A DNA stretch of 64,000 nt from Macrostomum lignano. Taxonomy: Eukaryota. The translations under genes and the position numbers were made by a program. A model generated the notes under the pieces. The model was not told the origin of the DNA and did no database searches. It saw only the letters and a list, made by a program, of their open reading frames with translations. Shown piece by piece: positions 1-41,256 of the stretch (position 1 is the first letter of the stretch; each line of letters starts with the position of its first letter). The stretch lies in NCBI GenBank assembly GCA_002269645.1, contig NIVC01000299.1:248001-312000 (forward strand), in the 5' to 3' direction.

Positions 1-249
1 TAAATAGACACGCTGAGCAGACTCGAGGAAGCAACCGTTTGCTGCCTCTCGGTTTTCGATAAGCAAATTTAGTTCGTTCTAAATATTGAAATCGCTTAAA
101 GACTTAATCATTTCTTAGAGTATAAGAACCCCAATTGGGAGTATCAGAAACCGCTACAAGCGAGAAACCGCCTCAGGGCAGTAAATTGTAAATTCGCCTC
201 AGGGCAGGAGAACCGCCTCATAACGAGAGAAGATCGCCTTCCGGCAGAG

Positions 250-2720
250 AAAGAGCATAAGCTGTGACCCTCTGATCCAGGGAACGCCCAGGACTGAGAG
301 AATAATATTAGGGGAAGCATAGGAATAGAATAGACAGTGCTATTAGACCGCTCAGGCTAGAAAGTACAATAGAAGTACATACGCTACCAATAGAAGTACA
401 TACGCTACCGATAGAAGTACATGCGCTACCAGTAGAAAGACAATTAATAACCAGTAGAATTATTAAGGAGAAATAGCTTTATTACAACTTTGGGTGGCAT
501 TTAGGATTCTCAGTGCACAGGGAAGAGCACTGTGACAACTTGATAACAGCAGTGGGATATTATTAAGAGGGAAGCAAACCCCCTGTAACAACTTTGGTGG
601 CAGCTAGTAAGGCTAGCAAAAGGAATAATTAAGAGCCCTACGACATTAGCAAAGCCAAAAGAGTGGCCTTGTCTTATAAGAAAATAGGTCAAATGTTAAT
701 GTTGAAAGATATTGTCTTATTCTACTAGGCATATTTAAAAAATCTAGCTCTAGATACTTTTCTAAGAACCTTCATAGTGTTTTAGCTTTTTGCCAAAAGG
801 GATTCATTGATATTAATCTTACAATTTTTCCAGTGCGTTTGACTTGAAGGTTGTCCTTTTTATATTTGAACTATTTATCTAATCTCCTAAGTAAAGTTAT
901 ACTAATTTAGAAGCAATTATCACTTTCTAGGAACTTTATTTCTAAAAACAGGCAAAAATTATATTTTTGTTTTAATTTGTGAAATATTCTCAAATAGGGC
1001 CTATTCTATGTTTGTTATAAATATACACAATCAAGGCTGTATAAATAAGAGCAAAGTTGGAGCCATAGTCAGGAAGGTGGCAGAGTGTGCGCCGGAACAA
1101 ATTTTGGCCTCTCCCAAAATTGTGCGCCGTGCGCCGACACAAAAACCCTCGTGTGCGCCGTTGTGCGCCCGCCACTACCTGCCTTGCGACAATAAAAGAC
1201 CTTTTTTTACAACATAGCAACAATTTTTGTGCGCCAATATACGGGACGGTTACGGGCTATCTATATTATATTATGAGAAATTGAGATCGTTAAACCGAAA
1301 ATAGAAATTTAAAAAATTTTTAATTAAATTTCTAATTTTTAAAACAAAACAAACATAAAAAGTAAGCAAATGGCAAAAACAAAGGTAAAAAGGAAAAGGA
1401 AAATATTTTATTTTATTTTTTTTTTGGTAGAATGCAGTGTTACATTAGATAGAACAGTGAATAGTGTACTGTAACAAGTAACGACTTACATCGTTACATG
1501 GGATCGCCACAAGGGTAACGCTGCATGCGCCGGTGTCCTCTGGTGTGCGCCGTTGTGCGCCGCTGTGCGCCAGTGCGCCGCTGTGCGCTGTTGTGGCGCG
1601 CCGCTGTGCGCCGTTGTGCGCCGTTGTGTGCCCAAAAAGGGCTTGTGTGCGCCGGAATTTTCCGACCAAACTGCCACCTTCCTGACTGTGGAGTTGGAGG
1701 TAGGATAGGAAGACCAACCCATGCACTTGTATAATACCTGTGCTCACTTGTTTGATAGAATATAAACAAATTTAGTTCTCAGATTGTTGTTCATTTCTAA
1801 GAGAATTGTGAAGAAGGTTGAAAGTTGCAATTAGGATTCATGCAAAGAGTAGTACTAACAGTAATCGCTGTGACCCTCTAATCTCGGTAATGCCCAGACT
1901 GGAGAGAGAAAATACATATATTAGTAAGACTGCTTAGGCCATAAACTAAGACTATTTAACCCATTTACTAAGAATGCTACCAGACCATATACTAAGAATG
2001 CTACCAGAACACTACAAGAATGCTACCCAGAAATATATGAGATTCAAAGAAACAGTTAAAACATTAAGGCAAGATTAAAGTGTCAATAGTAGAAATTTAA
2101 TGGAGAGAAAGTAAGCCCTATGACAACTTTGGTGGCTTAACAATGGGATTTTATATCGTACATGAACACCCCTAGCACACTAATTGATTATATATTTAGA
2201 CTCAAATATTTATATTTGAATTAAGGATTTACATTAAATGATTTTATGCAAATTGTTCAAATATTCTTATTATGGCCATACTAGTGTGTGCGGCAGTGAG
2301 CCCCCTTATTTATATACTTAGAATATACTTTTGTCATAGGTGATATAGGTGATATTTCTTCTTACTCTACATATTTCAATCCCACCATTAAGCCACCAAG
2401 TTGTAACAGGCATTTTGGCTCTCTTTATAAATCCCACTGCTGCAACCAAGTTGTCGCAGGTCTACTTCTATCTTGCCACCAAAGTTGTCTCTCTATTAAA
2501 TTTCTATTGCTGACAATAAGGTTATGCTTGGTTTGTATTAGTTTTCTAACTGTTTCGTAGAATCCCATTTAAGAGGTTTCTGGTAGCGTTTAAGGTATTA
2601 GTTTGGTAGTGTCTAATATGTTAGTCTGGTAGTGTCTAGTGTATGGCCTGAGTAGTCTACTGGTACTTTTACTGTTCTTCCAGTCTCTAGGGCGTCACCT
2701 AGATCAAAGGGTCACGGCTC
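250..2720. repeat. Three diverged copies of a ~350-bp AT-rich dispersed repeat (about 250-620 +, 1865-2150 +, 2375-2720 -)
   Basis: Shared motifs ctgtgaccctct.atc, gctacca and acaactttggtggc recur in the same order. The third copy is inverted. Boundaries are approximate. Confidence 0.5.
1063..1691. mobile_element. Non-autonomous DNA transposon (MITE-like) with ~21-bp TIRs and subterminal tgtgcgccg repeats
   Basis: ccatagtcaggaaggtggcag (1063-1083) matches the reverse complement of ctgccaccttcctgactgtgg (1671-1691) at 20/21. Many tgcgccg repeats lie near both ends. Possible 2-bp AG TSD. No transposase ORF. Confidence 0.6.
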
Positions 2721-3572
2721 TTCTTTCTCTGGAATTCCTTTGTATATTTCCCTAATCCTTTCTCTTAGTAAGTTTCTGAGCACTTCAACTTTTAGTTAGT
2801 TTTTTAAATAACTAACTTGGTAAGAATTTCAAGTTTTAAATCTGAGAATATTACTATGAATTCAGCAAATGAACAAGCTAAGCACCAGTTGGTTTATTTG
2901 GGAGCAAATTGGCTTGTATATATAGGGTCTTGGAGGCTACATTTATAACAAATTATATTTATTGTCAATATTTCGCATAGTAAAACAAAATGCTAAATTA
3001 TTCCTAGTTTTGTGCACAGATTCAACATGGCTAATAATTGACTATTTTACTTGTATAAATCGCAATAATAACTACACTACTATTATAGATATTTATTTTA
3101 GGCACATAAAAATACAAAAAGAAAAGCTTAAATAGGAGTACAGGTTAGCACACTTATTTCAATAGAAACCTCTTAAATATCAATGAGATAACCTAGATAA
3201 AAGAGCATAATATTGATTAGGTAAAGATTTGACTTGAAAAAGTAACTTTATTATTCTAACACTGTGCCATTTCTTATGGATACTACTATGTGCAGGATTC
3301 AGTATAGATTTCTTGCATTAAAAGACAAAACTATCCTGCAGAAATATAGGTCACAGATCTTATACATATTGGACAAAGGACAGTTTTTAGAAATAGACCA
3401 TTTTAGCATAAGAATGATATCCAGTTGTTTTCATTCAAAAACCTCATACCATAAGGTGCACCAAATCTTTAATAGTTGCTTGTGGTTTTAATAAATTGAT
3501 GAAAAAGTAACTAGAAGATTTACAATCTGCCAACATTGCTACTACTGCTAAAATGATTTATTTAGGCTTTAT

Positions 3573-3695
3573 TAAAAGTGAAAATCAACATAGATTATAT
3601 TCTTTCAACGCATTTCAGGGGTCCAACTAGGGTCATCTTCAGGTCTGAACCAAAATGCGTCGAAAGAATATAATGTATGTTGATTTTCACTTTTA
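3573..3695. repeat. Hairpin / short inverted repeat with ~43-bp arms
   Basis: taaaagtgaaaatcaacatagattatattctttcaacgcattt (3573-3615) pairs with aaatgcgtcgaaagaatataatgtatgttgattttcactttta (3653-3695) with 2 mismatches. Confidence 0.8.
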
Positions 3696-4365
3696 TTTTT
3701 CTTCATTAAAAGTGGCTTTTCCATTATCCACTGGGAAGCAGAGCTGGAGAAGCTGTGGCTGGGTCTAGACTAGCAATGAGTGCTGCTTCATTTTAAATAG
3801 GTTGGCAGTGCACTCTATCTCACATTGTTGCTTGAATGCCTTTAGCCAAATATGGATGGCCTATTATGTGTGCTTTACAATCTTTACTTTCTTAAGCTCA
3901 CTGCTCAATCTGTTGCTGCAGGCTGTCGTAATTATTCTCTTGTCTTGGTGTGCCATGTCCTAGCTGATGTTGTCCTTGTAGAAGCTCATCAGGTGGATCT
4001 TTAGACATGTTGCTTCCCGCATCTTGCCTTGGTATCAACTAACAGAAGTTATTGGTTGCTGCTGCTGTGACAGCTTCTGCTGACTCAGTAGACTACTTAT
4101 TGCAATGCCATTCCCCAGCCTATACACCAGGATGCCAAAGTTAAAGTTCATGCATCATGACACATGCTATGATATAAAATATCCGAGTTTGCCAGTTGCA
4201 GCTTTTTCAAAATCAACACTATATTCTATTAAATATTTGATATTCTATAAATACATGGTTAAAAATTGATAAGCCACTAGATTGAACTTTTAAATAGAAA
4301 TGACTTTGTTTATATTGTTACAAAAACTTTACTAATGCCATCTGCAGAGCGACTGTCTCAAGGTG

Positions 4366-4686
4366 ATGGAGTCGGCAAGCAGACAGCAAGCGCTGGCCTC
4401 TCTAGCCAGCATTGAGGAACCCATGGACCTCATTCGCGTGTCCTTAGACGAAATTGTTCACGTGAAGATGCGCAACGAACGGGAGCTGAGAGGCCGGCTG
4501 CACGCTTTCGACTCGCATCTCAACATGGTGCTCGGCGACGTTGAAGAGACTGTCACCACGCTGGAGATTGACGAGGAGACCTACGAGGAGGTGTACAAAG
4601 CCACGAAGCGGACGGTGCCGATGCTCTTCGTTCGAGGCGACGGAGTCATTCTGGTGTCGCCTATTGGGTCAAGTCAGGCCGCCTGA
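4366..4686 (+). CDS. LSM3: U6 snRNA-associated Sm-like protein LSm3 (intronless, 106 aa)
   Basis: [48 protein letters not shown]...[14 protein letters not shown] contains Sm1 and Sm2 motifs with LSm3-specific sequence. ATG at 4366 (the ORF track starts at an upstream GTG). AATAAA at 4961. Confidence 0.95.
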   Translation: MESASRQQALASLASIEEPMDLIRVSLDEIVHVKMRNERELRGRLHAFDSHLNMVLGDVEETVTTLEIDEETYEEVYKATKRTVPMLFVRGDGVILVSPIGSSQAA

Positions 4687-4960
4687 GGAGCTGAGAGTCT
4701 CGCAGTGCTGAACTGACTGCTAAAATAGCAAAAGTTGCAGTAGGATAGATCAGTTTTGTTCATTTTTTCTACGCAAAATCCTTAATCGTGGGTAAACTCG
4801 CATGATTTCAATTATATAGCTATGGTTCTTAGAAGCCACTGAAAATTCAAGCGTTTTCACAGTGAAATTATCATTCTGCGTTTAGTACCAGCAGTAATAT
4901 ATGCGTATACTACTACTATCAATGTTTTTAGTGATTTTGTAAGACGATTATTAACTAAAT

Positions 4961-4970
4961 AATAAATAAA
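4961..4970 (+). terminator. Polyadenylation signal (AATAAA, overlapping copies) for LSm3
   Basis: aataaataaa about 275 nt after the LSm3 stop codon. Confidence 0.5.
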
Positions 4971-5529
4971 CTGATGTCCCCGTGGCCTGTCTCTGTGTCT
5001 ATATTTTGTGCATGAGCAGTTTTACACTGAACAAATTTTTGTGCTCTTTTTATGCTTGCTTTTTTTTAATACGGAAAGAAGTCCATGCATTCTTGAAGAA
5101 TCGAATGGGGGGATTCTTGAGCCGACAAGCCAGTTGAGACTCTTGAGTTGGGAGTTTTTCAACTCAATAATTGCAATTGAGCTGATCAATTGGCAATGGC
5201 CATACATATTAGCAATGGACGCTCAGGGAGCTCCCAAGTCGCCTATCGCCTGCACCTGGCCTCTTCTCCGGCCCTCCGTTCCTATTGTTGTTGCTGCTGG
5301 CCCAATGCTGGTAGACTGGCTGGCTGTGCGCAGCCTTGGAGCAATGGAAGCTCAGCAACCCTGCTACAGAGCCACCGCAATATGCGGATATAAGCCTGGC
5401 GCTGCGGTTGTGCAAACCGAGGGTGGCACGGACTAGTAACTGAATCTTGAGGTCTCTTACGTTGCTTCGCGCTGCTTAGTGTGTTTGAAGCGCGAGCCGC
5501 TTCGGCGAAGGAAGATCTTGTTTTGGATT

Positions 5530-33680
<28,151 letters not shown>

Positions 33681-34589
33681 GGCTGCTGAAGGCCGGGACA
33701 CGGGAAATTCGGATGGGTGGGGCAGGCGAATCGATCCAAGGACTGCTGGAGCACTGGACTGGAATCCGAAACCACTTGACTCTTAGTTTGGGGCCACTGA
33801 ACAAGAAACTCAGAGCCGCTGTGCACCAAATTGAAATCCTTCGGTCTCCTGGATGCTTTCCAATGCCAAGACTTTGGGGTGCGAGTGTTTCTCTTCCAGT
33901 CCAGGTATCTGGTGGTCCCTGGCCAATTTTCGTAGCCAATTTGGCGACCTTTCTGACTTTCGCGCAGATCGGGGTTGTTTTTTTAGTATTAAAAAGTGTG
34001 AACTTTTACAAGACGGTGCAGAGAGAATGTGTTCCTTAATATTTAACCACTTACAGGGTTTTTGTATTCAATAAACTGTCCATTGAATTGTTAATTAACC
34101 TCTCCAGACGTTATATATTTATTTTGTCTGAAAATTTGCTCTTATTTTGGTGCTCTTTATTCGAAACCAATTCGGCCGGCACACACGGCCGAACTTTCGG
34201 CCAGCCCACGCATTTTTCAGGAAAAAAAAACAATTTTAATCCGCGTGTCGTTGACGGTTTTTGCCTCGCCGTCACCGACACGGCTGTCAGCGGGGCCGGC
34301 GGGCGAAGTGAATTATTGATGACGCGGCGTGTGACAGAAACCCAGCGTCGATCTTTGCTCGACAGTTTTTGGTTGCCTTTCAGCGGGACTTTTCGGCTAA
34401 CAAAATTAGCCAGCAGCTGGGTTGAAGGGGAGAACCGCGTTCAACATTTCGCGTTATGATAATTCGCGCTCAGAATTTAGAGTGAACGGAATTGCGGCGG
34501 CTCTGAACTCCAAGTTTAAAATGTCGCTTACTGAAGGGTGACTTCACCCTGGCGGCAGCACTGAACTGGGAGATCCGCATCACACCCAT

Positions 34590-35030
34590 CAAGAGGCCGG
34601 GCGTCCATCCAAGAGACAGTGGTGCGCTGCATCAAGAGACATTGGCGTCCACCGAGAGACAGGGGAGTCCATCGAGATACAGGGTCGTCCATAAAGAGAC
34701 AGTGGCGTCCATCAAGAGACAGGGTCGTTCGTCAAAAGACAGTGTTGTCCATCAAGAGATATTGGCGTCCACCGAAAGACAGGGGAGCCCATCAAGAGAC
34801 AGGCGTCCATCAAGATACAGTGTCGTCCATTAAGATACAGGGTCGCCCATCAAGAGACAGTGGCGTCCACCGAGAGACAGAAGAGCCCATCAAGAGACAG
34901 GCGTCCATCAAGATACAGTGTCGTCCATTAAGATACAGGGTCGCCCATCAAGAGACAGTGGCGTCCACCGAAAGACAGGGGAGCCCATCAAGAGACAGTG
35001 GCGTCCATCAAGAGACAAAGGCGGTCACCA
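34590..35030. repeat. Degenerate ~22-bp repeat (gtccatcaagagacag variants)
   Basis: Direct observation. Confidence 0.8.
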
Positions 35031-35874
35031 AGACACCCAATATTGGCAATCAATCAATATACCAATATACCCCCTTCAATACACGAGCTGGAACGCCTAG
35101 GTGCTATGCACTTTGATGTCACAGCTCGTTTCATCTCACTGCAGCCAATCAATATTTGGGTATTCGAGGTATCTCCTGCGTACGACACCTCTGCCTGCAA
35201 GTCGGGTGGCAACTCTACCGGATCGTATCGCCTTTTATCCTCTACCCATTCCACTCCATCTAGCTGAATTTCTGCACTTAGAGATGAAACGATAATTCAC
35301 GGCTACATTATCGCGAGTTGCCCTGCCGTATGGAGGGATGGCATGCTGTAAATGAGCTGCTCTATTCCACAATTCATCTGTTGCATCTCTATCCACTAGC
35401 TGCATCGTTTTGCGTGCATACTTAGCGATGGGCTGGTCGGGAATTCTTATCTGACGAGCCCGATAATGAGCCCGAGATGTGTGGGGCGTTTAGGCTGTAG
35501 CAAATGGCACCGGATTGACACCCGATATCCATTTGTGCTCAGCCATAATAATTTGAGCCACACGCGCGCCATTGTGCGTCGTTCTTCGCGAAAAATCAAG
35601 CTATAATGGCTGAATTCCTAAAGCTCCTGATGCTACCAACCTTAGTTTGCAGTGCGACTTTGAACAAATCAAGGCGACCGTTGATACGGCAAACCTCTGA
35701 AACGGATACGTAGGCAGGCACACGCTTACACAGCTCACACTGCAGTCCTGACTGCTTCATCCTCACGCATGTACACATTGCGCCTTGAAGGTTGGCTCTC
35801 GCCTGATCAATTGCGTAACAAGCTCCAGGCTAATTTTCCTGCACGAGCCCAAAATTAATGTTCTTTGACGTCAT

Positions 35875-36815
35875 AGTCAGATGTGTCAGTGTCAGATGTG
35901 TCAGAGCCAGATATGTCAGAGCCAGATGTGTCAGTGTCAGATGTGTGTCAGTGTCAGATGTGTCAGAGCCAGATATGTCAGAGCCAGATGTGTCAGAGCC
36001 AGATGTGTCAGAGCCAGATGTGTCAGAGCCAGATGTGTCAGAGTCAGATGTGTCAGAGCCAGATGTGTCAGAGCCAGATGTGTCAGAGCCAGATATGTCA
36101 GAGTCAGATGTGTCAGAGCCAGATGTGTCAGAGTCAGAGCCACTTTGCCCCCGCTCGCAACCTTTATACGTCCTCTGAAAGATAAAGAGTGGGATCAGGT
36201 ATGCTCGTAATCCGTTGCGCACTAAGCGATTTTCATTTAGCATTCATGTCAGTCAAGAGTCAGATTGTCAGAGCCAGATCTGTCAAGAGTCAGATTGTCA
36301 GAGCCAGATCTGTCAAGAGTCAGATTGTCAGAGCCAGATCTGTCAAGAGTCAGATTGTCAGAGCCAGATCTGTCAAGAGTCAGATTGTCAGAGCCAGATC
36401 TGTCAAGAGTCAGATTGTCAGAGCCAGATCTGTCAAGAGTCAGATTGTCAGAGCCAGATCTGTCAAGAGTCAGATTGTCAGAGCCAGATCTGTCAAGAGT
36501 CAGATTGTCAGAGCCAGATCTGTCAAGAGTCAGATTGTCAGAGCCAGATCTGTCAAGAGTCAGATTGTCAGAGCCAGATCTGTCAAGAGTCAGATTGTCA
36601 GAGCCAGATCTGTCAAGAGTCAGATTGTCAGAGCCAGATCTGTCAAGAGTCAGATTGTCAGAGCCAGATCTGTCAAGAGTCAGATTGTCAGAGCCAGATC
36701 TGTCAAGAGTCAGATTGTCAGAGCCAGATCTGTCAAGAGTCAGATTGTCAGAGCCAGATCTGTCAAGAGTCAGATTGTCAGAGCCAGATCTGTCAAGAGT
36801 CAGATTGTCAGAGTC
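35875..36815. repeat. 15-bp (gtcagagccagatgt) and derived 30-bp (gtcaagagtcagattgtcagagccagatct) minisatellite blocks
   Basis: 35875-36140 is the 15-mer and 36250-36812 the 30-mer. Each block is followed by similar unique sequence (aacctt..gtcctctgaaag..aagcgattttcatttagc). Confidence 0.95.
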
Positions 36816-37298
36816 AACCTTTGTGGGTCCTCTGAAAGCTAAAGTTACTTGCACCAAGCGATTTTCATTTAGCCTCCCATTGTTCCTTTCTAAATAGTAA
36901 ATATGAACAACAATAAAACGCGACAGAAAGACAGTTTGCGGGCATATTGCCATCAGTCTGCTGGCTAGAATCACTCGCCAAAGAGATTTATTGATTACTT
37001 AGTTGCGGTGTATTAGATATTTATGCGATCGAGGACAGAGCATTTTTGGGACGTTTCGAACCACGAACTGATTAGTACAACAAGCAATTGGAATCAGTAA
37101 AGAGCGTCTGTGCTTCGGATAGTCCCAGTAGACAATCTCGCTACCGTAAGCCGCCTGCCTCTTCTTGCCGCCACTTTGATTGGTTTTTTTTCACGGGAGG
37201 GTCTTTGCAATGCGGGACTGGGATAACTTTGGGCTTGGTGCGGAGGAACTCTCGGGAATGACGTTGCAGGGCTTCAACTCGTTTGTTACAGGCCGGAT

Positions 37299-37838
37299 CT
37301 AGTCCGACTCGTCATCGATGGCGTCCATCGAGCCTCGCTTGCCTCCAAGCCTGGGGCTCTTGTAATAGGCCTTCTTGCCGAGACGAGGGCTGACGTACCA
37401 GGCCTTCTTGCCGAGACGAGGGCTGACGTACCAGGCCTTCTTGCCGAGACGAGGGCTGACGTACCAGGCCTTCTTGCCGAGACGAGGGCTGACGTACCAG
37501 GCCTTCTTGCCGAGGCGTGGGCTGACGTACCAGGCCTTCTTGCCGAGGCGTGGGCTGACGTACCAGGCCTTCTTGCCGAGGCGTGGGCTGACGTACCAGG
37601 CCTTCTTGCCGAGGCGTGGGCTGACGTACCAGGCCTTCTTGCCGAGACGAGGGCTGACGTACCAAGCCTTCTTTCCCAGCCTAGGACTGGCATAGTAGGC
37701 CCTCTTGTCGTCGCTGCTGTCAGCTGCTACACTTTTCTTGCTAGCATGACTGTCGTCATGCTCTTCTGCAGTTGCCATGACAACCAGAGCAGCCACGGCT
37801 AGAGCGGCAATGACGCTGCCTGTTCCGCAGAAACGCAT
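37299..37838 (-). CDS. PRXamide / pyrokinin-like neuropeptide precursor (179 aa): AYYASPRLa x1, AWYVSPRLa x9, AYYKSPRL(G)a x1
   Basis: Signal peptide MRFCGTGSVIAALAVAALVVMATA, acidic spacer, then peptides bounded by KR/KK, each ending in G (amide donor), and an acidic C-terminal tail. Single coding exon. Confidence 0.93.
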   Translation of the reverse strand: MRFCGTGSVIAALAVAALVVMATAEEHDDSHASKKSVAADSSDDKRAYYASPRLGKKAWYVSPRLGKKAWYVSPRLGKKAWYVSPRLGKKAWYVSPRLGKKAWYVSPRLGKKAWYVSPRLGKKAWYVSPRLGKKAWYVSPRLGKKAWYVSPRLGKKAYYKSPRLGGKRGSMDAIDDESD

Positions 37839-38680
37839 CGCTGGTCTTCGTAGAATGAACGAGGTTGCTTTTTATTGTTCTGTAAAGGCAGCTTTGAATC
37901 AGAGCTCTTTGTACAACCGAGCGCAGTAACTGAGTCGAAGCAAAAGTCGTGGCTCTGCAAGTTATACCCCTCTATATTCTCCCCAAGAACGAATGAGGAT
38001 ACAGAATGCCTCTGCTTCCATTGGTTTCTCAGTTTAAACGCTGCAGACGGAATGTCCACGCCAATCAGAGCTGGACTGACGGTCTCTCCGCTCACACAAT
38101 TAGCAGAAGACTCGAACATACAAATGGCAATTGCTGGTGATTTTAGAGGAAAATTTATGCAGGAAATTGAAACCATCAGCTAAAAGCTGGCTCATATTAC
38201 AGCTAGTGGCTTCGAGGGGTCAACGATAGGCCAGTCAATGTACAGCTGCAAGGAGTTTTCTTAGAAACAAAACGCCCAGCCCAATTTCTAGCAGTCCTTG
38301 AGTGCATCACGCTAGCAGTCTTCTTTACGAGCGTAGTCTGCTATCAGCGTGTTAGCTGTTGAAATAGCTTTCAATTCCTTCTGCTTCATTATCCGGTGCT
38401 CATTTTGTTAACCCCGAATTCGTTGCTACGGACACAAAATGTTCTGCTCAGGACTGTATTTACCTGACAGACATCCGCAGCTTCAAAAGCACCTAAGAGC
38501 TACTTTAAAAATCACCGTGAAAGCGACTATAAGACTGGGACTTATTGTAATCATAATGATTGCTGCAGGGACTGCACGTACACGCGAAATCGTCCCACAT
38601 CCAGCGCAGTGAGGCAATTGTGCTGACTTCTGAGCACTTGCAATTGCGCAGGTACTGTGTGAGCAGGCACGCACTCGTGC

Positions 38681-39018
38681 CATTTTTTTATGAGAGGCAG
38701 GGGCTGTGCGCACCCTGGCGCACTTTAAGCGACATTGTCACACAACCGAGACCATTGCAAGAGGCATTACTGCCCATTCCGCCGACTCCCCTGAGCAGGC
38801 ACACAAGCGCGCGGATACGTACGCAGTCACACAGGACTTTATATGTTGTTAGGCATGTAGACTTCACTGTGCCTTGGTGTGGTTGGGTCTCAAGGCCGCT
38901 AACTGCACAAGCAGAGCCAAGCTGAGAATCCAATTTAGCCCCAAATCAATGCGACTGCACTTGGAATCGAGCCTGGGCCGCTGGCAAATCCGAGCGCTGC
39001 GCAGACCGCTGGGCTACG
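38681..39018 (-). mobile_element. tRNA-derived SINE, second copy
   Basis: Same body as 29708-30067. Head gccgtagcccagcgg ... ggctcgattcc. Poly(T) at 38683-38689. TSD gcactcgtgc (38671-38680) / gcactcgcgc (39019-39028). Confidence 0.8.
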
Positions 39019-39935
39019 GCACTCGCGCTCACACAAAATGCGTCCTAGATCTGTTGAGCATTTTTAGCATTCTTTCATAGAAGTACTTTAGACAAACTAA
39101 AGTACAAGCAAAGCGAATCCGTTGCCGAAAATTGTCTGCTGGAAAATGAAAGGCTGCAGTAATTGAAAACGATCGATTGTCAATCGCACTGCTTCACAGG
39201 TGAGGATTGGAAATGACGCTGTGAGTCAATATTAAAAATAGTCTGCTCCAGAGATGTGGCGTGAAGCTCCAGTGCCAGCTGCTTTCATCTGCATGCATGG
39301 AAATAACTGGTTGAGCACTTGACTCACTAACGAATTTTACAGGGCATTGGGAACCTTTTGTAGAATAGTGTTAGGGAAGGCAACGTGAGCAGACGTCTGG
39401 AGACTGACCCGAACTCCAGCTGCAGCACCCATGCCCTGAGTCCTCTCTAAGATCAAGAACTCTACCTACCAATGTGGTCTCTAGCTTGGATGAGTTGAAA
39501 TTTTAAAATTGCTTTTCTATTTTTGTGACAAGTTTCCCCAGGAGAGGGCCGGCTTCAGTGATGAACTTCTCCCTAACTACTGCTGAAAACCAAACTGGAA
39601 GAAATTCTTTAGAATCGCAAATTTATTCTGCAACTTCATCATTTCACGTATTGCAAATATTTCTGCTTCGTGAATTAAATAGAAGAGCCTCTCCTCCAAA
39701 ACACGGACTACTTATAGCAGTATTGATAGATCCTTTGTCTTATTTTTCCCATTACTTAACTTTTGCATAACAAATGCAGTTTTCAGGGCGTTTGCAACTT
39801 AAAATAGAGGCTGGAGTCATGAACTTTAGTATCAAAATACAAAAGCAACTTCTAGTGGTCCTTGCAAATAATAATATTTTGAAGTTTATTCGGATTCTTG
39901 TGGATATAATTACGCCCTAAGAAGGTCCATGTAAA

Positions 39936-39975
39936 GTGAGTGAGTGAGTGAGTTAGTTTTTAGTTAGTTAGTTAA

Positions 39976-40070
<95 letters not shown>

Positions 40071-40071
40071 A

Positions 40072-40102
<31 letters not shown>

Positions 40103-40121
40103 ATTAATTAGTTAGTTAGTC

Positions 40122-40169
<48 letters not shown>

Positions 40170-40170
40170 C

Positions 40171-40206
<36 letters not shown>

Positions 40207-40219
40207 ATTAGTTAGTTAA

Positions 40220-40250
<31 letters not shown>

Positions 40251-40269
40251 ATTAATTAGTTAGTTAGTC

Positions 40270-40342
<73 letters not shown>

Positions 40343-40351
40343 ATTAATTAA

Positions 40352-40394
<43 letters not shown>

Positions 40395-40399
40395 ATTAA

Positions 40400-40458
<59 letters not shown>

Positions 40459-40459
40459 A

Positions 40460-40510
<51 letters not shown>

Positions 40511-40529
40511 ATTAATTAGTTAGTTAGTC

Positions 40530-40566
<37 letters not shown>

Positions 40567-40571
40567 ATTAA

Positions 40572-40634
<63 letters not shown>

Positions 40635-40643
40635 ATTAATTAA

Positions 40644-40698
<55 letters not shown>

Positions 40699-40703
40699 AT
40701 AAA

Positions 40704-40763
<60 letters not shown>

Positions 40764-40764
40764 C

Positions 40765-40815
<51 letters not shown>

Positions 40816-40816
40816 C

Positions 40817-40851
<35 letters not shown>

Positions 40852-40852
40852 C

Positions 40853-40895
<43 letters not shown>

Positions 40896-40905
40896 CTACT
40901 TAGTT
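39936..40905. repeat. (TTAG)n microsatellite, ~950 bp, preceded by (GAGT)4
   Basis: Direct observation. Confidence 0.97.
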
Positions 40906-41256
40906 TTAGTTTTTTGAGAGTTATCTTCATTATGAACTTTTCCCTCTATTTGCGCTTGTAATATTCTTTCATGCTACTCCTCGCATTCCGTGAGTAGCTT
41001 ATAAGGACATGCTTTTTTGCGAATGAATTGTTTACACAAAGAAAAATTTCGTAGAAAAGAGGGATATTTTAGCCAGGGCAGTCAATTAATAGCTGGTAAT
41101 TAATTTTGTTAAAATCGAGTATTTTCTCTGTTGATTATGCCTTTGATATACTTTTCTTGACCGCTTTATTAAAAATTTGTAAACAAAAATCTGGAAAAAT
41201 AATTTTCAGTAATCTGGGGAGAGCCTTGCATTGGGATTTTGTAGAATTAATCGGTG

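Noticed and set aside
5008-5436. 142-aa ORF between LSm3 and the vWA gene
   Set aside because: No recognisable motif, GTG start, and codon usage unlike the real exons.
36189-36974. Repeat-protein ORFs (QESDCQSQIC etc.)
   Set aside because: Open in most frames on both strands because the 30-bp unit lacks stops. Unlike the neighbouring neuropeptide, there is no signal peptide or processing sites.
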